From: an uncultured bacterium
GTDB taxonomy: Bacteria > Chloroflexota > UBA5177 > JANWHV01
DNA length: 64,000 nt
Assembly (NCBI GenBank): GCA_963827235.1
Contig: CAWHAE010000005.1
Coordinates: forward strand, 15,660-79,659
Direction of reading: 5' to 3'
The position numbers and the translations under genes are program-made. Position 1 is the first letter of the stretch, and each line of letters starts with the position of its first letter. The notes under the pieces were generated by a model. It had not been told where the DNA came from. It did no database searches and saw only the letters and a list, made by a program, of their open reading frames with translations. Shown here one piece after another: positions 38,016 through 49,160 of this stretch.

Positions 38016-40382
38016 TCAGCCCGGGACTACCTTGAGCCCCGCGTGCTCGCCAAGGGCCAGTGGCAAGACTTTGTCCATGTGATCGACAAAGATGATGCGC
38101 AGGTCGTGCTGCACGTCGCGAGGCACATCGGGCAGGTCCTTCTTGTTCTTGGACGGGGCCAGAAAAGTCTTCAGTCCGGCACGATGCGCGGCAAGCACCT
38201 TCTCCTTGAGCCCTCCGACCGGCAGCACCTGGCCACGCAGCGTGATCTCACCCGTCATGGCCAGGTGCCTGTACACCGGCCTGTGGGTGAGAGCCGAGAT
38301 GAGGGCCGTGGCCATGGTGATGCCCGCGGAAGGCCCATCCTTGGGCACGGCTCCGGCAGGAATATGGATATGCACGTCATACGACTCGTGGAACTTGTCG
38401 TCCAGCCCCAGCTCCTTGGCACGCGAACGCGCGTAGCTCAGCGCTGCCTGAGCCGACTCGCGCATCACGTCGCCGAGCTGGCCGGTCAGGATCATCGCGC
38501 CCTTACCCGGCACGAGCGCCACTTCGACGGCAATCAGATCGCCGCCGGCGCCGGTCACCGCTACGCCGGTGGCCACGCCGATCTCATCCTGCTCCTCCGC
38601 CAGGCCGTAGCTGTAGCGCGGCGGGCCGAGATAGCGCTCGATCGCCTGCTGGCCGATCACCGAGATGCCGCGCCGGCCCTCCGCGATGGACCTGGCTACC
38701 TTGCGCGCGATAGTGGCGATCTCCCGCTCGAGGTTGCGCACCCCGGCCTCATGCGTGTACTCGCGCACGATTCTCCGCAGGGCAGCCGGCGTGAAGCGCA
38801 CCTTCTCGGGCAAGCCATGGTCGGCCCGCTGGCGAGGCACGAGGAATTTCTCGGCAATGTGGATCTTCTCTTCTTCGATGTAGCCGGCGAGCTCGATCAC
38901 TTCGAGCCTGTCGCGCAGGGCTGGCGGCACGTTATCCAACATGTTGGCGGTGCACACGAATAGCACCTTGGAGAGGTTGTAGGCGACGTCCAGGTAATGG
39001 TCGGAAAAAGCGTGGTTCTGCTCCGGATCGAGCACCTCGAGCAGCGCCGCCGACGGATCGCCGCGGAAATCCGATCCAAGCTTGTCGATCTCGTCAAGCA
39101 TGAACACCGGGTTGACCGTGGCGGCCTGACGCATAGTCTGCACGATGCGGCCGGGCAAGGCCCCGATGTAGGTACGGCGATGGCCGCGTATCTCGGCCTC
39201 GTCGTGCACGCCGCCCAACGAGATACGAACGAACTTGCGTCCCAGGGCCTGAGCGATAGACTTGCCGAGGCTGGTCTTGCCCACGCCCGGCGGTCCGACG
39301 AAACAGAGAATGGGGCTGCGCGTGCTGGAGGAAAGCTGCCGCACGGCCATGTACTCCAGGATACGCTCCTTTGCCTTCGGCAGTCCGTAGTGCTGTTCGT
39401 CCAGCACGCGGGATGCCTCGCGGACGTCGAGTTTGTCCTCGGTTGCCACGGTCCACGGCAAGTTGATCAGCCAGTCGAGGTACGTATGGATAATGCCGAC
39501 TTCCGGAGATGCCATGGGCATGGCCGCCAGACGGCGCAGCTCGACAGTCGCCTTTTCGCGAACCTCATCCGGCAGGGTGAGTGCTTCGAGCCGCTCGCGC
39601 AAGTCGCTGAGGTCCTTCGTGAAGGCATCGGTCTCACCGAGCTCCTTCTGGATCGCCTTGAGCTGCTCGCGCAAGAAGAACTCTCGCTGCGACTTGTCGA
39701 CCTCCTGCTGCACCTGCGAATGGATGCGGTTCTGCAGATCCAGGAGCTCCAGCTCGCGGCTCAAATGGATGCTGATCTTCTCCAGTCGCTCGGCCGGATC
39801 GAGCGTTTCCAGCAAGTCCTGCCGCTGTGCCATGGAGAGATCGAGGCTGCTGGCGATCAGGTCCGCCAGCCGGCCGGGCTCCTCCACGTTCATGGCCGCG
39901 ATATAGTGCTCTTCGGGGAGCGTCTTGCTCGCCTTGACACACTTGTCGAACAGGGCAAGCACCGCGCGCATGAGCGCTTCAGTCGTGATCGGCTTGTCGA
40001 GGTTCTCCTCGATCGGCTCGACGCGGGCGATGAGATAGGGGTTGACCTGGTCGAAACCGAGAACGCGCACCCGGCGAACGCCCTGCACCAGCACGTTCGT
40101 ATGGCCGTCGGGCAGCTTGAGGATGCGGCCCACGGTGGCCTCAGTTCCAATCAGGTACAGGTCCTCCGGATTGACGTCTTCCTTGCCGGGATCGCGCTGA
40201 GCGATCACCAGCAGCGAGAGGTTCCTGTTGGCCGCTTCCTCCACGGCGCGAATCGACGGGTCGCGCGTGACATAGAGGCTGATGCCGACCTGCGGATACA
40301 CGACGGTGTTGATCAGCGGCAGCACCGGGAGCCTGAGCGCATCCCGATTTGGAGCCAGGTGTGCCTTACGGGCGCGCGGCAT
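38016..40382 (-). CDS. lon: ATP-dependent protease La
   Basis: LON N-domain, [28 protein letters not shown]. Confidence 0.97.
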   Translation of the reverse strand: MPRARKAHLAPNRDALRLPVLPLINTVVYPQVGISLYVTRDPSIRAVEEAANRNLSLLVIAQRDPGKEDVNPEDLYLIGTEATVGRILKLPDGHTNVLVQGVRRVRVLGFDQVNPYLIARVEPIEENLDKPITTEALMRAVLALFDKCVKASKTLPEEHYIAAMNVEEPGRLADLIASSLDLSMAQRQDLLETLDPAERLEKISIHLSRELELLDLQNRIHSQVQQEVDKSQREFFLREQLKAIQKELGETDAFTKDLSDLRERLEALTLPDEVREKATVELRRLAAMPMASPEVGIIHTYLDWLINLPWTVATEDKLDVREASRVLDEQHYGLPKAKERILEYMAVRQLSSSTRSPILCFVGPPGVGKTSLGKSIAQALGRKFVRISLGGVHDEAEIRGHRRTYIGALPGRIVQTMRQAATVNPVFMLDEIDKLGSDFRGDPSAALLEVLDPEQNHAFSDHYLDVAYNLSKVLFVCTANMLDNVPPALRDRLEVIELAGYIEEEKIHIAEKFLVPRQRADHGLPEKVRFTPAALRRIVREYTHEAGVRNLEREIATIARKVARSIAEGRRGISVIGQQAIERYLGPPRYSYGLAEEQDEIGVATGVAVTGAGGDLIAVEVALVPGKGAMILTGQLGDVMRESAQAALSYARSRAKELGLDDKFHESYDVHIHIPAGAVPKDGPSAGITMATALISALTHRPVYRHLAMTGEITLRGQVLPVGGLKEKVLAAHRAGLKTFLAPSKNKKDLPDVPRDVQHDLRIIFVDHMDKVLPLALGEHAGLKVVPG

Positions 40383-40683
40383 AACGGTAGCAAGACCTCT
40401 CTACAAGCAGATCCTTCGCGGCCTGCCCGCCGCCTGGATCTTGGTCAGTATCACGGCGCCTCCAGGCGCCAGGAACAAACGCCAGCCGCCTGCCCCACAT
40501 GCGCGGCGCCACAGTCGCCGCCACTCCAGTCACGGCCGCCGGACCCACCGCGGCACTTGCTCGACGGTAGCCGGCTGAAGTCGTCGCTTCGAGCGGCCAG
40601 AAGTTGGCTTGGTTGCGCTCATTGTAGCCGATGGCCATGTCTGCCGCCAGGGGAACAGTCTACCCTAGCCCGCCGGGTCCAAA

Positions 40684-40713
40684 TTGACACATTGGCGGGC
40701 CGCTGCCTAGAAT
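40684..40713 (+). promoter_or_regulatory. Sigma70 promoter of ncRNA
   Basis: TTGACA - 18 bp - TAGAAT. Confidence 0.7.
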
Positions 40714-40743
40714 GAGTGCAGATCTTGCACATGAGTGCGACGA

Positions 40744-40877
40744 CTCACGAGGATGCACATGCGGGGCCATGAATCACCGTTCGACGGGAGAGCTGAGGCC
40801 ACAAGGTGCCTTCGTGAGCGTATATGCGAGCTTCGGAGACCCCATCTCATAGTGGGGTTTGCTGTCGTTCTCGAGAG
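40744..40877 (+). ncRNA. ssrS: Probable 6S RNA
   Basis: Strong promoter, no credible ORF; closing stem CTCACGAGGATG/CGTTCTCGAGAG, inner stem CTGAGGC/GCTTCGG, central bubble with TGAA..GGGAG and ACCCA..GTGGG; followed by terminator. Confidence 0.6.
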
Positions 40878-40908
40878 GTGCCTGGCCAGCGCGGCCGGCA
40901 CCTTTTTC
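40876..40908 (+). terminator. Rho-independent terminator
   Basis: AGGTGCC(t)GGCC-agcgc-GGCCGGCACCT followed by TTTT. Confidence 0.75.
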
Positions 40909-41080
40909 ATTCCCACGATGCCCGAGGCCGGCTACTCAGGTGAGCAAAGCGGCCGCCGCGCCGCGTTCGACGAGGTCGCCACGTTGACAGAGTGACTTGG
41001 TTGCAGCAAGGCCGGCCGGTCCGGGGTTGGGCGCGGCCGGACACGCTGCTCGGCGGCCGGCAAGAGAGGATTTGTTCAAG

Positions 41081-41578
41081 GTGGGCCACGTACTTGTTCT
41101 CAATGCCACCTACCAGCGTCTGAACTTCATCTCCATTCAGCGAGCTATTGTGCTGCTCCTCAAGGAGAAGGCGGAGCCGATCGAGGTCGACAGATCTGCG
41201 CGGCTGCATTCTGAGCGTATGTCCATTGAGTCCCCTATAGTGATCCGTCTCGTCAACTACGTCCACGTCCCCTACGAGCGATTCACCGTGCCGCTGTCGC
41301 GCAGGACGCTGATCAACCGGGACAATCACACCTGCCAGTTCTGCGGCGACACCACCGGCCCGTTGACCATCGACCACGTCGTGCCCAAGTCTCGCGGCGG
41401 CGCGACCACGTGGGAGAACTGCGTCGCGGCGTGCCTGCCCTGCAACCACAGAAAGGCGAATCGAACGCCCGAGGAAGCGCACATGCGTCTGCGAAGCGTG
41501 CCGCGGCGCCCGAGCGATCCATTCGCCATTCTCTTCGACCGCGCTCGTCACAACGACGTGTGGGAGCGCTACGCCTGA
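41081..41578 (+). CDS. Stand-alone HNH endonuclease (McrA-like)
   Basis: VLVLNATY, RD..TCQFCG, TIDHVVPKSRGG..TWENCVAAC..CN..K..RTP. Confidence 0.9.
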   Translation: MGHVLVLNATYQRLNFISIQRAIVLLLKEKAEPIEVDRSARLHSERMSIESPIVIRLVNYVHVPYERFTVPLSRRTLINRDNHTCQFCGDTTGPLTIDHVVPKSRGGATTWENCVAACLPCNHRKANRTPEEAHMRLRSVPRRPSDPFAILFDRARHNDVWERYA

Positions 41579-41740
41579 CTGGTCGCGGCCCGGCGAAGCG
41601 AAACGCAGGCTTTGCGCCCGCGTGGTAGATTGAGTTGTGTCCTCGGCCGTCGGGTCCTCTCTGGCCGTGCCGGGCCAGGTATCGCGGCGCCGTTGCGCGT
41701 CGCGTCTGTTCGTCATGGAGCGTGATGGGAGCGTACGAGT

Positions 41741-42607
41741 ATGATCCCGACCATGGTGTTTGGCCGAACCGGCCACGAGAGCACCCGTACTCTTTTCGGG
41801 GCGGCATCTCTGGCAACGCGAAGCCAGGATGAAGCCGACCGCACGTTAGAGCTGCTGCTGCGTTACGGCGTCAACCACATCGATACGGCTGCCAGCTATG
41901 GCGACGCCGAGCTTCGCATCGGCCCCTGGATGAAGGAGCACCGCAACACCTTCTTCCTGGCGACCAAGACGGGCCAGCGACTGTACGGGCCGGCCCGCGA
42001 CGAGATCCATCGATCGCTCGAGCGCTTGCGGGTCGACCACGTCGACCTGCTGCAGCTCCACAATCTCGTGGACCCAGGCGAATGGGAAGCGGCAATGGGA
42101 CCGGGGGGTGCACTGGAAGCGGCAGTCGAGGCTCGCGCGCAGGGACTCGTGCGCTTCATCGGAGTCACCGGCCACGGCGCCACGGTTGCTGCCATGCACA
42201 AGCGCAGCCTCGAGCGCTTTGACTTCGATTCCGTCCTGCTGCCCTACAACCACACGGTGCTGCAAATTCCGCACTACAAAGACGATTTTGAGGCGCTCAC
42301 GGCGATCTGCCGGGAGCGTCGCGTCGCGGTGCAGACGATCAAAGGCATTCTTCGCCGCCCGTGGCCGGAAGGAGCGCCGCACGACCGGACGACCTGGTAC
42401 GAACCGCTCGAGAATCAGGCGGGCATCGACGCGGCGGTAGCCTTCGTGCTCAAGCGGCCCGACGTCTTCTTGAATACAGTCGGCGACATCGACGTACTGC
42501 CCCGCGTGCTCGACGCTGCCGAGCGCTTCCGGCCCGACCAGGACGTAAGCGACGAGAGGATGGAGAAGCTGGTCGCGGAGCACGACATGCACTCGCTGTT
42601 CGTGTAG
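41741..42607 (+). CDS. Aldo/keto reductase
   Basis: [37 protein letters not shown]. Confidence 0.92.
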   Translation: MIPTMVFGRTGHESTRTLFGAASLATRSQDEADRTLELLLRYGVNHIDTAASYGDAELRIGPWMKEHRNTFFLATKTGQRLYGPARDEIHRSLERLRVDHVDLLQLHNLVDPGEWEAAMGPGGALEAAVEARAQGLVRFIGVTGHGATVAAMHKRSLERFDFDSVLLPYNHTVLQIPHYKDDFEALTAICRERRVAVQTIKGILRRPWPEGAPHDRTTWYEPLENQAGIDAAVAFVLKRPDVFLNTVGDIDVLPRVLDAAERFRPDQDVSDERMEKLVAEHDMHSLFV

Positions 42608-42613
42608 CGAGCT

Positions 42614-43492
42614 TCAGGTAAGCAGCACGATTTGCGGCACGCCCGTCCGCGGATGCTCGAACATCTCCACGCGCGTGCCGAAGGTGCGCTGAATCATAGC
42701 GGGAGACAGCACCTCGCGGGGCGTGCCTGCCGCCAGGATCGTGCCCTCCGCCAGCAACACAAGGCGGTCGAAGTAGAGCGCCGACACGTTTACGTCGTGC
42801 ATGGCGGCGATTACGCCGAGCCCGCGGACCGAGCTCGACCGCCGCACCAGCTCCAGCAGCGCCACCTGGTGAGCCAGATCGAGGTGCACGGTCGGCTCGT
42901 CCAGAAGGAGAATCTCGGGCTCCTGGGCCATGGCCATGGCCAGAGCAACGCGCTGCTGCTCACCGCCGCTGAGCTGCTGGAACGGGCGCGCGGCCAGCGC
43001 CTGCAGGTCGCACGCCTCCAGTGCTGCCGTCACGGCTCGCTCGTCGGATGCGCTGGGCAAGCCGAGGAAGTGCGTGTGCGGTGCCCGGCCAAGCTCGACG
43101 ATCTCCCGCGCGCTGAACGAGAAGGGCACCTCCATCTTCTGCGGCACGACCGCCAGCCTGCGCGAGAGCGCCCGCCGCTCGTAGTGCCTCACGGGAATGC
43201 CGTCCACGGTGACGCTGCCGGCGATCGCCGGCAGCACGCCCGCCAGCGTGCGCAGCAAGGTCGATTTGCCGCAGCCGTTCCGGCCCAACAACGCCACGGA
43301 CTCGCCGCGCACCAGGCTCAGGTCGATACCATCCAGCACGGGCCGCCGCTCGTAGCCGCAAGCCAGTCCCCGAGCCTGTAGCAACGCGCGTTGGGCAATC
43401 GGATCCGGCCGAGGTCCCTGCGCCGGCAGCGGTGCGACGAGCACAGTGCCGCTTCGGACGGCCTTCACCGGCCTGCCTCTCGCGGACGGCAA
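42614..43492 (-). CDS. Cobalamin/Fe-siderophore ABC transporter ATP-binding protein (BtuD-like); start uncertain
   Basis: GRNGCGKST, LSGGEQQR, LLDEPT.HLD, MHD. Confidence 0.9.
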   Translation of the reverse strand: MPSARGRPVKAVRSGTVLVAPLPAQGPRPDPIAQRALLQARGLACGYERRPVLDGIDLSLVRGESVALLGRNGCGKSTLLRTLAGVLPAIAGSVTVDGIPVRHYERRALSRRLAVVPQKMEVPFSFSAREIVELGRAPHTHFLGLPSASDERAVTAALEACDLQALAARPFQQLSGGEQQRVALAMAMAQEPEILLLDEPTVHLDLAHQVALLELVRRSSSVRGLGVIAAMHDVNVSALYFDRLVLLAEGTILAAGTPREVLSPAMIQRTFGTRVEMFEHPRTGVPQIVLLT

Positions 43493-43519
43493 CCCTCGAC
43501 GAGCGATCGAGCGCGCCTG

Positions 43520-44606
43520 CTAGAACACATAGTTGCCTTTCTTGCGCCGCAGCAGCACCAAGAACCAGGGCGCCCCCAGTAGCGCGGTGATCAGACCCAC
43601 CGGAAGCACCTGCGGCGCCAGAATGAGGTGCGCCGCCGTGTTGACCACCACCATCAGCGAGGCGCCCATGAGGGCCGAAGCCGGCAGAAGCAGGCGGTGG
43701 TTGGTGCCGAACAGCAGCCGCGTGATGTGAGGCACGAGCAGGCCGACGAACGCGATCATGCCCCCCAGTGCCACGGCCATGCTCGTGAGCAGCGATCCCA
43801 GTACGAGTATCGCCAGACGCCGCTGGGTCACGTTGAGACCCAGATAGGCGGACTGCTCGTCGCCCAACAGCATCACGTTGAGATCGCCCGACAGCACGAA
43901 CAGGCCGGCCAGGCCCAGCACGAAGATCGGCATGGCGGTCAGGAGCTGTGTGCCCGTCGTGAAGTCCAGGCTGCCCAGAAGCCAGACGTACATCTGGCGA
44001 AGCTGATTGCTGAGCGTTTCGACCAGGGCCGCAGCGGCGTTGAGCCCGGCGCTCACGGCGAAGCCGGCCAGCAGCAGCGAGGTGCTCGGCAGCTTACCGC
44101 CGACCCGGGCAAGCGAATAGACCAGCAGCATCGTGCTCATTGCGCCGACAAAGGCGGCCAGCGACACGATGCTATAGCCGAGCCACTCGATCTGAACGGG
44201 AAGCGACAAAGCGAGGATGGCGCCCAGGCTCGCGCCGGCAGAAGTTCCGACTATGCCGGGGTCGGCCAGCGGATTGCGAAACAGCGCCTGAAAGGCAGCG
44301 CCCGCCACCGCCAGAGAGCTGCCGACCAGAATCGCCGTAAGCACCTGCGGGAGCCTGTACGAGTGTGATGATCGTCTGATCGACGTCCGACCACGTCCGC
44401 GCCGGATGTACGGGCAGCCACTGCAAGGCCATGCCGATCACCGAGCCGGGCGAGATGTACTCCTCGCCCAGCCCGATGGCCACGACGGATACGAGGACGA
44501 GCACCAGCGACAGCCCGCCCAGCACGGTGACGGTGCGACTTGCCCGCCCAGGCCGCGCCGCGGCAGCCGGCTCCGACCGGACCACTGCCCGCGAAACCCC
44601 GATCAC
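43520..44606 (-). CDS. FecCD/BtuC-family ABC permease; frameshift ~44357
   Basis: FRNPLADP..VG, WLLGS, LGDE.SAYLG, FVGLLVPH, PVG.ITALLGAP. Confidence 0.88.
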
Positions 44607-44625
44607 GGGACCGGCTCCCGAGCGA

Positions 44626-45530
44626 TCACCGGAAGAACTCCGGATGCAAGATTCGCGCCAGTTGCTCCAGGCCGTCGACAATGCGCGGACCGGGACGGCT
44701 GGCCAGGTCGTCGTTGAAGGCGAAAACGTGGTGCGCCTTCACCGCCGCCATGGACGACCAGCCGGGTCGTTTGGCCACGGTTGCCGCCGTCACGCCGTAC
44801 GCCGCGTCTCCGAGGATGATGTACTGCGGATTGGCCACCAGCAGCTTCTCGGCCGACAGCTGCGGATAGCCGTCGATCGTCCCTGCCACGTTGATGCCGC
44901 CGGCCATGGTGATCAGAGTGTTCATGTAGGTGCCTCGGCCTGCCGTGTAGTAGGTGTTGTCCAGCTCGTAATAGACACTTGGCCGGCTCGTTATCGTGCG
45001 CACCTTCGCCTCGACCGCGTCGATGCGATGCTGCAGGGCCGCGACCTCCCGAACGGCAGCGGGGCCGACCCCGGCTGCGGTGCCGACCATCTCGATATCG
45101 TGTAGAATGCCGGGGATGTCGTGTGGATTGGTCTCCAGCACCTTCAAGCCCAGGCTACGCAGCTTGGTAATAACCGGCTTGCCCACGATATCGGCGGAGA
45201 CCAGCAGATCCGGCCTCAGGGCGATGATCTTTTCGATATTCGGCACCCCGTTGTCGATCACTACCGGCAGATGGCTGGCGGCAGGCGGGATATGTGCTGT
45301 AGCTGCTGACGCCGACCACCCGGCTGCCCAGCCCGAGGGAGAACAGGATCTCCGTCACATTCGGCGCCAGCGAGATGATCCGTCTGGGCCGGCGCGGGAA
45401 GCGTCAGAGATGTGTGGTTATCGTCGACGACGGTGATGGCGGCAGAGGCCGGATGGGCAGACGCGGGAATCGCGGCTGCAGCCACGAGCAGCCAGATCAG
45501 CGCGAGGACCATCAGGAATCGCTTGATCAC
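44626..45530 (-). CDS. Cobalamin ABC transporter substrate-binding protein (BtuF-like); frameshifted ~45260-45390
   Basis: Signal peptide, TEILFSLG, NIEKIIAL.PDL, SRPGPRIVDGLE..A..LHPE; behind B12 riboswitch. Confidence 0.85.
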
Positions 45531-45640
45531 AGTGCATCTCCAAGAGCTTGTTAAGCCTTAACAGAGGAGGAATGCCGGCCGGCGCCGAACTACGGGCCGC
45601 CGCGGCTAATCGTCGGCGACCCTCGGCGAGGCATGAAGAA

Positions 45641-45667
45641 CCCCTTCGCCCGCGCGGGACGAAGGGG
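45641..45667 (-). terminator. Riboswitch-controlled terminator hairpin
   Basis: CCCCTTCG...CGAAGGGG followed by TTCTT on the minus strand. Confidence 0.6.
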
Positions 45668-45701
45668 CTGGGTGTCACGTTATGAAGCTCATGGCAACCG
45701 G

Positions 45702-45852
45702 CCCCTTTCTACCGAAGGCGCTTGGCGAAACCCAGAGGCCGGTTTTCTGACTTCCAGCAGAAGCTGCTGGTTACAGTAGCGGGACTGTGCCGGGCTTGCA
45801 CCGGACTTGCCCGTTTAAGCCGTGGCATTGGACCACGGCACCTCTGAGAACC
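45702..45852 (-). promoter_or_regulatory. Cobalamin riboswitch (compact) upstream of btuFCD
   Basis: AGGTG..AAACGGGCAAGTCCGGTG..CCGG..CCCGCTACTGTAA..AAGTCAGA B12 box; extended -10 TGCTATACT at 45874-45882. Confidence 0.9.
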
Positions 45853-45927
45853 CTGTATCAGGCTTGCGAACCGAGTATAGCACGTTCTCCGGCGGCCCGT
45901 GTCGCCACGCTGCCACCGCTGCCCGCG

Positions 45928-47010
45928 CTACCCCTGCCGTGCGAGATCCTGCCCGGCCTCTCTTCCTGACACGCCTGCCGAGGCAAACGTCGCCATCTCG
46001 TCCAGCACGGCGACCGCGTCGTCGACGAGATGCATGGCCATTGCCGCCCCCGTTCCCTCGCCCAGTCGCAGGTCGAGGTTCAGCAGAGGAACCAGCTCCA
46101 TCCGCTCCAGCATGATGCGATGCCCGATCTCCACCGAGGAGTGAGCGGCGATCAGGTAGTCGCGCGCGGCGGGACAGAGCTCCGTGGCGATCAACGCCGC
46201 GGCGCCCGAGATGAAGCCGTCGACGAGCACGGGTATGCGGTGGGCGGCGGCGGCCAGGATGACGCCGACTAGTCCGCCGATCTCAAAACCGCCGACCTTC
46301 GCCAGCACGTCGAGCGGGTCGTCGCCGGACACCTTGTTCACTGCCAGGGCGCGCTCGATCGTGGCGATCTTGCGCTGCAGTCCGCTGTCGTCTACTCCTG
46401 TGCCGCGCCCGGTCACCATCGCCACGGGCTTGCCGGCAATCGCGGCCACGATGGCGCTCGAAGCAGTCGTGTTGCCGATGCCCATGTCGCCGGTCGCCAC
46501 GAGATCCAGGCCGCGGGCGAGCTCTTCTTCCACCAGATCCATACCGGCACACACGGCGGCCCGCGCCTGCTCGCCGGACATGGCCGGCCCTTTGGCAAGA
46601 TTCTGGGTGCCACGGGCGACCTTCTTGCGCACGATGGCGGGCGTCTCCGGCAGATCGCTTGCCACGCCCAGATCCGCCACGATCACGCGAGCCCCTGCTC
46701 TCCGGGAGAGCACGTTGATCGCCGCGCCGCCCTCCACAAAATTCATCACCATCTGCGCGGTCACTTCCTGGGGATACGCTGATACGCCGTCCACCGCCAC
46801 GCCGTGGTCTGCCGCGCAGACAAACACGGCCTTGTGCGGAAAACGCGGGCGAGGATTGCCGGTGATACCGGCCAGCTTGATCGATAGCTCCTCAAGCCTG
46901 CCCAGGCTGCCCTGCGGCTTCGTCAAGCTATCCTGGCGCTCTCGCGCCGCTGCCATGGCCGCCGAGTCCAGCGGCCCGACGCGGCTTATCGTATCGAGAA
47001 TGCGGTCCAT
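45928..47010 (-). CDS. cobT: Nicotinate-nucleotide-dimethylbenzimidazole phosphoribosyltransferase
   Basis: LTKPQGSLGRLE, ADHGV, SAYPQEVT, GDMGIGNTT, LRLGEGTGA. Confidence 0.95.
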   Translation of the reverse strand: MDRILDTISRVGPLDSAAMAAARERQDSLTKPQGSLGRLEELSIKLAGITGNPRPRFPHKAVFVCAADHGVAVDGVSAYPQEVTAQMVMNFVEGGAAINVLSRRAGARVIVADLGVASDLPETPAIVRKKVARGTQNLAKGPAMSGEQARAAVCAGMDLVEEELARGLDLVATGDMGIGNTTASSAIVAAIAGKPVAMVTGRGTGVDDSGLQRKIATIERALAVNKVSGDDPLDVLAKVGGFEIGGLVGVILAAAAHRIPVLVDGFISGAAALIATELCPAARDYLIAAHSSVEIGHRIMLERMELVPLLNLDLRLGEGTGAAMAMHLVDDAVAVLDEMATFASAGVSGREAGQDLARQG

Positions 47011-47036
47011 GAACCTCTCCTATCGCTCCTTGTTCT

Positions 47037-47651
47037 CTAGCTCACGAGCCCGGCCCGTATGCTGCGTGCGTAGTCTCGCGGTTCGACGGACAATCCCTTC
47101 ACCTCGACTCCCAGCCCTGCCACTACGAGGAACACCGCGTCCGCCAAACGTGCCGCGTGCAGGTTGACCACGCCCTGCAGGTCGCGGAAGGCCCGGCCGA
47201 GCGGTGTATCGGGAACCACGCCATACCCCACCTCGTTCGTGACCATTACCACGTGCCAGGATCTTACCCGCGCGGTCTCCACCACCGCGTGAAGCTCATC
47301 GCACAGCGTGCGCTGCAACTCCTCCACGGCCTCCCACCAGCCGGCAGTCTCCGGCTCGCCAAGGCTGAGCAGTCGGTTCGAAGCCCAGATGGTCAGGCAG
47401 TCGATAAGCACGACGCCGGCCGACGACGGCACCCTCTCCAGCACAAACTTCGGATCACGCGGCGCTTCGACGGTGGTCCAACTCGCCGGCCGCTGCGCGC
47501 GGTGCCGCGCCACGCGCGCTTCCATCTCGGCGTCGAGCACTTCGGCCGTGGCTACATAAACGACCGCGCCACTCAGCCCGGCGGCGAGCTTCTCCGCGAA
47601 CAGACTCTTCCCGCTCTTGGCACCTCCCGTTACCAGAACGACTCTTCCCAT
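47037..47651 (-). CDS. cobU: Adenosylcobinamide kinase/guanylyltransferase
   Basis: TGGAKSGKS, EM..RV..H...R, DCLT, VTNEVG.GVVP...GR.FRD. Confidence 0.93.
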   Translation of the reverse strand: MGRVVLVTGGAKSGKSLFAEKLAAGLSGAVVYVATAEVLDAEMEARVARHRAQRPASWTTVEAPRDPKFVLERVPSSAGVVLIDCLTIWASNRLLSLGEPETAGWWEAVEELQRTLCDELHAVVETARVRSWHVVMVTNEVGYGVVPDTPLGRAFRDLQGVVNLHAARLADAVFLVVAGLGVEVKGLSVEPRDYARSIRAGLVS

Positions 47652-47654
47652 ATG

Positions 47655-49160
47655 TTAGGCGCCTCCATCCACCAGGTCGTAGACCCGCGCCATATCCAGC
47701 TCGGCGCGCACTACCGATGCCAGCCGGTCGTATTCATGCTCCCGCTCGGGCACGCCGCCGGACTCCAGGCGCAGGCCGCGACGAGCGCCAAGCCAGTCGA
47801 TCAGGGCCCGGCGCGCGGCGGAGTTCTCGAACAGGCCGTGAAGGTAGGTCCCGACCACAAGCCCGTCCTCGCTCCGGCAACCGTCCGGCTGCGCGCCGTC
47901 GTCGCCGGCCGCGGTGAGGAAGACGGGCATGCCGGCACCCACCGTGCGGCCCGTGTGGATCTCGTAGGCGGAGACACTCTCGTCGCCCATGCCCCCGAAC
48001 GGCCCGGGGCCGCCGATGGCCGAGGCGCGAACCCGAACCGTACGCTTTCCGGCTTCGAACCATGTGCGCACGGGCAGCAGCCCGAGGCCAGCAGCGCTGG
48101 GCAGCGGCGACTCGATCCCGTCCGGATCCTCCAGGGTCTGGCCCAGAATCTGGTAACCGCCGCAGACGCCGAGCACAGCCGTTCCCGCGCGCGCCTGCTC
48201 GCACAGCACGGCAGCCAGCCCGCTCTCCCGCAAATAGCCGAGGTCGGCGATCGTGGCCTTCGTGCCCGGCACGATGATCAGGTCGGGAGCACCTACGTCC
48301 CGCAGACGGCGGACGTAGCGCAGGCGCACCGCCGGCTCAGCAGCCAGCAAATCGAAATCGTCGAAGTTTGCCATGTGCGGGAGCTGCAACACCACGACGT
48401 CGAGCGCTCCGCGCCCAACACGGGCTGCCTGCTGCTGGAGGGAGACACCGTCTTCCTCGGCGATCAGCAGACCGTGGAGATAGGGGATGACGCCGATCAC
48501 GGGCACGTGCGTGCGTGCGGTGAGCATGTCGAGACCCGGCTCCAGCAGACTCTTGTCACCGCGGAACTTGTTGATCACGAACGCCTTGATCAGATCCCGC
48601 TCCTCGAGCTCAAGCAGTTCCAGAGTCCCTACCAGAGAAGCGAACACCCCGCCACGGTCGATGTCTCCCACCAGGAGGACCGGCGCATGAGCGTGCAGAG
48701 CTATGGCCATGTTCACGATGTCGCCGGCGCGCAGGTTGATCTCGGCCGGGCTGCCCGCCCCTTCCATGACTACCACGTCGAACTGCTCGCGCAGACGATC
48801 GAGTGCGTCGGTCACGCGGGCCCAGTAGATTGGCTTGCGGGCAGGAAAGTCGCTGGCATAGCTGATGCCCTCGGGCCGGCCGAGAACGATGATCTGGCAC
48901 CGTGAGTCGGTCTCAGGCTTCAGCAAAACGGGGTTCATCTCCACGGTCGGCTCGATACCGGCGGCCGCTGCCTGCACGGCCGTACCACGGCCGATCTCGC
49001 CGCCGTCGAGCGTCACAGCGGCGTTGAGGGACATGTTCTGGGCCTTGAACGGAGCAACCCGCAGGCCATCCTGGCGAAATATCCGGCACAGCGCGGCAAC
49101 CAGCAGTGTCTTGCCGGCCGAGGAGGCCGTTCCCTGCACCATCAGCACGCGCGCAGTCAT
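47655..49160 (-). CDS. cobQ: Cobyric acid synthase
   Basis: QGTASSAGK, PFKAQNMSLN, EGAGSPAEINL, GVCGGYQ.LG, GTYLHG. Confidence 0.95.
   Translation of the reverse strand: MTARVLMVQGTASSAGKTLLVAALCRIFRQDGLRVAPFKAQNMSLNAAVTLDGGEIGRGTAVQAAAAGIEPTVEMNPVLLKPETDSRCQIIVLGRPEGISYASDFPARKPIYWARVTDALDRLREQFDVVVMEGAGSPAEINLRAGDIVNMAIALHAHAPVLLVGDIDRGGVFASLVGTLELLELEERDLIKAFVINKFRGDKSLLEPGLDMLTARTHVPVIGVIPYLHGLLIAEEDGVSLQQQAARVGRGALDVVVLQLPHMANFDDFDLLAAEPAVRLRYVRRLRDVGAPDLIIVPGTKATIADLGYLRESGLAAVLCEQARAGTAVLGVCGGYQILGQTLEDPDGIESPLPSAAGLGLLPVRTWFEAGKRTVRVRASAIGGPGPFGGMGDESVSAYEIHTGRTVGAGMPVFLTAAGDDGAQPDGCRSEDGLVVGTYLHGLFENSAARRALIDWLGARRGLRLESGGVPEREHEYDRLASVVRAELDMARVYDLVDGGA

Noticed and set aside
40744-41578. 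HEARO/IscB RNA-guided system (structured RNA plus HNH)
   Set aside because: The HNH protein is a 165-aa McrA-like type without PLMP/RRXRR or RuvC motifs, and a terminator separates it from the RNA
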